Shown: piece by piece, positions 59,969 through 64,000 of the stretch
Layout: every line of letters begins with the position of its first letter
Position numbering within the stretch: position 1 is the first letter of the stretch
Assembly: GCA_045541035.1 (NCBI GenBank)
Contig: JAZQII010000090.1
Location: 9,175-73,174 of the forward strand
DNA from: Clostridia bacterium
GTDB lineage: Bacteria; Bacillota; Clostridia; Christensenellales; QALW01
Length of the DNA: 64,000 nt
Reading direction: 5' to 3'
Program-made: the position numbers and the translations under genes
Notes under the pieces: model-generated
Told to the model about the DNA's origin: nothing
Seen by the model: only the letters and a program-made list of their open reading frames with translations
Databases searched by the model: none

Positions 59969-61201
59969 ATGAAGAATCTCAAAAAGGTTTTCGCAGTAGT
60001 TCTTGCAGTTCTTATGATGGCAAGCGTATTTGTTGCTTGTAATAACGAACCTGCAAAGACTCCCGACGAGAACAACAATGAAGCAAAGAAAGATTTGAAG
60101 GTTGGTTTCATCTTCCTTCACGACGAGCAGTCAACATATGACAAGAACTTCATGGATGCTGCTAAGAAGGCATGTGAAGAAATGGATGTTGACTATGCAC
60201 AGAAGACGCAGATCCCTGAATCAAAGGATTGCTACGATGCTGCAGTTGAACTTATCGAAGTTGACGGTTGCGACATCATTTTCGCTGACTCCTTTGGTCA
60301 TGAACCCTTCCTTATTGACGCTGCAAAGAAATATCCTGACGTACAGTTCTGCCATGCAACAGGTACTCAGGCTCACACTGCAGACGTTAAGAACTTCCAC
60401 AATGCATTCGCTTCAATTTACGAAGGCCGTTACCTTGCAGGCGTTGCTGCAGGCTTAAAGCTTAACGAAATGATCGATGCAGGCAAGATCACTGCTGAAC
60501 AGGCTAAGATGGGTTACGTTGGTGCTTTCACATTTGCTGAAGTTATCTCCGGTTACACATCATTCTATCTTGGCGCAAAGTCAGTTTGCCCCTCAGTAAC
60601 AATGGACGTTAAGTTCACAGGTTCATGGTATGACGAGCAGAAGGAAAAGGAAGCTGCAAACGCTCTTATTTCAGGCGGTTGCGTTCTTATTTCTCAGCAC
60701 GCTGACTCAATGGGTGCTCCCACTGCTTGCGAAACAGCAGGTGTTCCCAACGTTTCTTATAACGGTTCAACAGTTGCTGCTTGCCCCAACACCTTCATCG
60801 TTTCCTCAAGAATCGATTGGACTCCTTACTTCAAGTACATGATCGATTGCGTTCAGAATGACAAGGCTATCGATACTGACTGGACAGGCACCATCGAAAC
60901 AGGTTCAGTAGTTCTTACTGACGTTAACGAAAAGGCTGCTGCTGCAGGTACTGCTGAAAAGATCGCTGAAGTTAAAGAAAAACTTCAGAAGGGCGAAATC
61001 AACGTATTTGATACTAAAAACTTCACCGTTAAGGGCGAAGCTCTTTCCGCTTACAAGGCTGACGTTGATACTGATGATGCATTCACACCTGATACAGAAG
61101 CTATCGAAAACGGTGTATTCTATGAGTCAAAGCATCGCAGCGCTCCTTACTTCGATGTAAGAATCGACGGTATCGTTCTTCTTGACGAAAACTACGGTTG
61201 A
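59969..61201 (+). CDS. BMP-family ABC substrate-binding lipoprotein (nucleoside/purine)
   Basis: Lipobox FVAC, IIFADSFG, IYEGRYLAGVAAG, ISQHADS; start re-called at MKNLKK. Confidence 0.9.
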   Translation: MKNLKKVFAVVLAVLMMASVFVACNNEPAKTPDENNNEAKKDLKVGFIFLHDEQSTYDKNFMDAAKKACEEMDVDYAQKTQIPESKDCYDAAVELIEVDGCDIIFADSFGHEPFLIDAAKKYPDVQFCHATGTQAHTADVKNFHNAFASIYEGRYLAGVAAGLKLNEMIDAGKITAEQAKMGYVGAFTFAEVISGYTSFYLGAKSVCPSVTMDVKFTGSWYDEQKEKEAANALISGGCVLISQHADSMGAPTACETAGVPNVSYNGSTVAACPNTFIVSSRIDWTPYFKYMIDCVQNDKAIDTDWTGTIETGSVVLTDVNEKAAAAGTAEKIAEVKEKLQKGEINVFDTKNFTVKGEALSAYKADVDTDDAFTPDTEAIENGVFYESKHRSAPYFDVRIDGIVLLDENYG

Positions 61202-61213
61202 TAAATAAATTTT

Positions 61214-61245
61214 GTCTGAGACGGAGAGCAATCTCCGCCTCAGGC
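61214..61245 (+). other. Intergenic stem-loop (GCAA tetraloop, no U-tract), likely an mRNA-stabilising hairpin after the binding-protein gene
   Basis: GTCTGAGACGGAGA-gcaa-TCTCCGCCTCAGGC. Confidence 0.55.
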
Positions 61246-61304
61246 TGATTTTAAAGAAAGTGCTTTCACACTTCCTTTAAAGTCATAGATAACGGAGGTT
61301 TAAA

Positions 61305-62852
61305 GTGAATAAACAACCTGCTATTGAATTTAAAAATATTACAAAAACATTTGGCAAAGTTGTAGCCAATAAGAATGTAAATCTTACTGCATACCGCGGT
61401 GAGATTCTTTCTATTTTAGGTGAAAACGGAAGCGGAAAAACAACCCTGATGAATATGATATCAGGCATTTATTTCCCCGATGAAGGGCAGATCTTCATTG
61501 ATGGAAAAGAAGCAGTTATCACTTCACCTAGAAATGCTTTCCAATATAAGATCGGTATGATTCATCAGCACTTCAAACTTGTTGATGTTTTCAGCGCTGC
61601 CGAAAATATCGTTCTTGGTATCGAAGACGGTAAGTATAACCTTAAAAACTCAACTCAGGAGATTAAGAAGATAAGCGAGCAGTACGGCTTTGATCTTGAT
61701 CCTGAAAAGAAGATTTATACCATGTCTGTTTCTGAAAAGCAGACCGTTGAGATTATCAAGGTTTTATATCGCGGTGCGGACATTCTTATTCTTGATGAAC
61801 CTACTGCGGTTTTAACTCCTCAGGAAACTGAAAAATTATTTAACATTCTCCGCCGTATGCGTGATGACGGTAAATGTATTATCATCATCACTCACAAACT
61901 TCACGAAGTGCTTTCTCTTTCGGATAAAGTATCTGTTCTTCGTAAAGGCGAGTACGTAGGAACTGTAAACACAAAGGAAACAACCGAATCAGAACTTACC
62001 GAAATGATGGTAGGTAAAAAGGTTGATCTCAATATTGAACGTCATGAGCCTAAAAATACTGAAGAACGTCTTGTGGTAAATGATCTTACCTGTGTTGACC
62101 GCGTAGGCGCAACGGTGCTTGATAAAGTATCCTTTACGGCATTTGGCGGTGAAATTCTCGGTATTGCAGGTATTGCAGGTTCAGGTCAGCGTGAACTTCT
62201 TGAATCTATCGCAGGTCTTCAGCATCTTGCTTCAGGCGAGATAACTTATTTCGATCCGCGAACCGGTGAAAAAGAAAATTTAAGAGATAAAACTCCCGTT
62301 CAGATCAGAAATATGGGTGTGCGCCTTTCCTTCGTTCCTGAAGACCGTCTTGGCATGGGCCTTGTAGGAAACATGGATATTGTTGATAACATGATGTTAA
62401 GAAGTTATTCAAAGGGCCATTCAATATTCCTTAAGCGCAAGAGCCCCAAAGACCTTGCAACAAGGCTCATAAATGACCTTGAGATCGTAACGCCCAGCGC
62501 ATCAACGCCTGTTCGCCGTCTTTCGGGCGGTAACGTTCAAAAAGTGCTTGTTGGCCGTGAAATTGCTGCATCACCTACCGTTTTAATGGTTGCATATCCC
62601 GTTCGCGGTCTTGATATAAACTCGTCGTATATGATCTATAATCTCCTTAACGAACAGAAAGAAAAGGGCGTTGCCATTATTTTCGTTGGTGAGGATCTTG
62701 ACGTTCTTTTGGAACTTTGCGACAGAATCATGGTTATCGGTTCAGGCCGTATTACGGGCATCGTTGATGCAAGAAAAACAACTAAAGAAGAAATAGGTCT
62801 TCTTATGACAAAATCCAAAGATGAGGGAAAGGAGAATACAGATGGCAATTAA
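61305..62852 (+). CDS. Nucleoside/sugar ABC transporter ATP-binding protein (tandem NBD)
   Basis: GENGSGKT, DEPTAVLT, PEDR, LSGGNVQK. Confidence 0.92.
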   Translation: MNKQPAIEFKNITKTFGKVVANKNVNLTAYRGEILSILGENGSGKTTLMNMISGIYFPDEGQIFIDGKEAVITSPRNAFQYKIGMIHQHFKLVDVFSAAENIVLGIEDGKYNLKNSTQEIKKISEQYGFDLDPEKKIYTMSVSEKQTVEIIKVLYRGADILILDEPTAVLTPQETEKLFNILRRMRDDGKCIIIITHKLHEVLSLSDKVSVLRKGEYVGTVNTKETTESELTEMMVGKKVDLNIERHEPKNTEERLVVNDLTCVDRVGATVLDKVSFTAFGGEILGIAGIAGSGQRELLESIAGLQHLASGEITYFDPRTGEKENLRDKTPVQIRNMGVRLSFVPEDRLGMGLVGNMDIVDNMMLRSYSKGHSIFLKRKSPKDLATRLINDLEIVTPSASTPVRRLSGGNVQKVLVGREIAASPTVLMVAYPVRGLDINSSYMIYNLLNEQKEKGVAIIFVGEDLDVLLELCDRIMVIGSGRITGIVDARKTTKEEIGLLMTKSKDEGKENTDGN

Positions 62853-63942
62853 AACACAGCATGAGCCTTTGTTCCACGTTGTTAAGCGTGATGATATGCC
62901 TGCATGGAAAGCATGGCTCATTCGTATATTAACGATCGTTATTGCACTTGTTCTTGTAGGATTCCTTTCTATGGTCGTTACTGAAAAAAGTTTCGGCGAA
63001 ACGTATGAGATCATGTTTAAAGGTGTTTTCGGCAGACTTCTTGAAGGCAAAACGACTATGCTTTGGAAATATCTTCAGGAAATAGCAATTCTTCTTTGCC
63101 TTGCTCTTGCATTGACTCCTGCCTTTAAAATGAAGTTCTGGAACTGCGGTGCTGAAGGTCAGGCTTTGGTAGGCGGTCTTGCTTCCATCTACTGCATGAT
63201 AGAGTTCGGCGGAAAAATTCCTGATGCGCTTCTTATTGCAATAATTGCAGTTACAAGTATGCTTGCAGGCGCTATCTGGGGCGTTATTCCCGCCATATTC
63301 AAGGCGCTTTTTAACACCAATGAAACGTTGTTTACTCTTATGATGAACTATATCGCCACTCAGATAATCGCTTATTACGTTTATATTGAAGGCGGCGGAT
63401 CAAACGTTATCAATCCCGTTCCTCACGGAAACTTCCCAAGCGTTGGAAACAACGAGTATTTTGTTAACATCATTATCGTAGCAGTTATCTGCGTGCTCAT
63501 GTATATTTATCTTCGTTTCAGCAAGCAGGGTTATGAGATATCTGTTGTTGGCGAAAGTCAGAATACTGCAAGATATATCGGTATCAATGTTAAAAAGGTT
63601 ATTATCCGCACAATGGTTATTTCAGGTGCACTTTGCGGTGTTACGGGAATGCTTCTTGTTGCAGGTAAGGACCACAGCATAAACATAAACAGTGTTGGCG
63701 GTCAGGGTTTTACCGCAATTCTTATGTCTTGGCTGGGTCAGTTCAACCCCTTTATTATGGTGATTATGACCGCAATCGTTATTTTCCTGAGAATAGGTGT
63801 TGCCAAGGTGGCAGATACCGCATTGCTCAACTCCTCTTTCTCGGAAATTATCGTTGGTATCGTAATTCTTATGTTGGTTGGTTGTGAATTCTTTATTCAC
63901 TATTCAATTAAATTCAAGCACAAGAAGGAGGCAAATGTATGA
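62842..63942 (+). CDS. Nucleoside ABC transporter permease
   Basis: WNCGAEGQ, NETLFTLMMNY, GESQNTARYIGI, GFTAI; start re-called at MAIKTQ. Confidence 0.88.
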   Translation: MAIKTQHEPLFHVVKRDDMPAWKAWLIRILTIVIALVLVGFLSMVVTEKSFGETYEIMFKGVFGRLLEGKTTMLWKYLQEIAILLCLALALTPAFKMKFWNCGAEGQALVGGLASIYCMIEFGGKIPDALLIAIIAVTSMLAGAIWGVIPAIFKALFNTNETLFTLMMNYIATQIIAYYVYIEGGGSNVINPVPHGNFPSVGNNEYFVNIIIVAVICVLMYIYLRFSKQGYEISVVGESQNTARYIGINVKKVIIRTMVISGALCGVTGMLLVAGKDHSININSVGGQGFTAILMSWLGQFNPFIMVIMTAIVIFLRIGVAKVADTALLNSSFSEIIVGIVILMLVGCEFFIHYSIKFKHKKEANV

Positions 63943-64000
63943 TTATTCAATTTATTTGCCGCGCAATTCTTCTTGGTGTTCCGCTGCTTTACGGCTCGGT
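63939..64000 (+). CDS. Second ABC permease, 5' fragment (runs off window)
   Basis: AAGGAGG RBS, ATGA overlap, MIIQFICRAILLGVPLLYGS resembles the start of the second permease in such operons. Confidence 0.65.
   Translation, partial: MIIQFICRAILLGVPLLYGS

Overview
AT-rich chromosomal window from a low-GC Gram-positive bacterium, most likely a Clostridia gut anaerobe (sigmaA-type promoters, lipoboxes, C-terminal TM+Lys anchors, Re-citrate synthase, ThiT with a TPP riboswitch). Core genes: rpoBC, proBAC, typA, an Asp/aromatic aminotransferase, thrC, trpS, xpt with a BMP/ABC nucleoside uptake operon, and an ArsR-HMA-CadA metal operon. Accessory genes are mostly for glycan use and the cell surface: a duplicated [membrane-anchored tandem CBM-like protein + DUF5060/DUF4038 lipoprotein] module with a third, signal-less paralogue; SGNH and CE15-like esterases; GH99-like and six-hairpin glycosidases; a 2100-aa non-catalytic surface protein with strictly alternating domains; and a BspA-type LRR protein. 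The most unusual signals are non-coding. (i) A ~190-bp structured non-autonomous element sits at terminator hairpins, and two copies duplicate the whole hairpin (20 and 26 bp); there are also remnants and one copy with mismatched flanks next to rpoB. (ii) A 281-bp TIR element appears inserted in a -10 box and rebuilds a promoter. (iii) A tandem 177-bp unit carries a periodic GAA/AAA mini-hairpin array. (iv) A long G-U-rich hairpin RNA with its own promoter and terminator precedes a DUF4268 gene. (v) An unannotated MgtL-like leader ORF (MDPLPR...) lies before a CorC/HlyC transporter, divergent from proBAC. No rRNA, tRNA, CRISPR array or transposase was seen. All family calls come from motif recognition by eye, not database searches.
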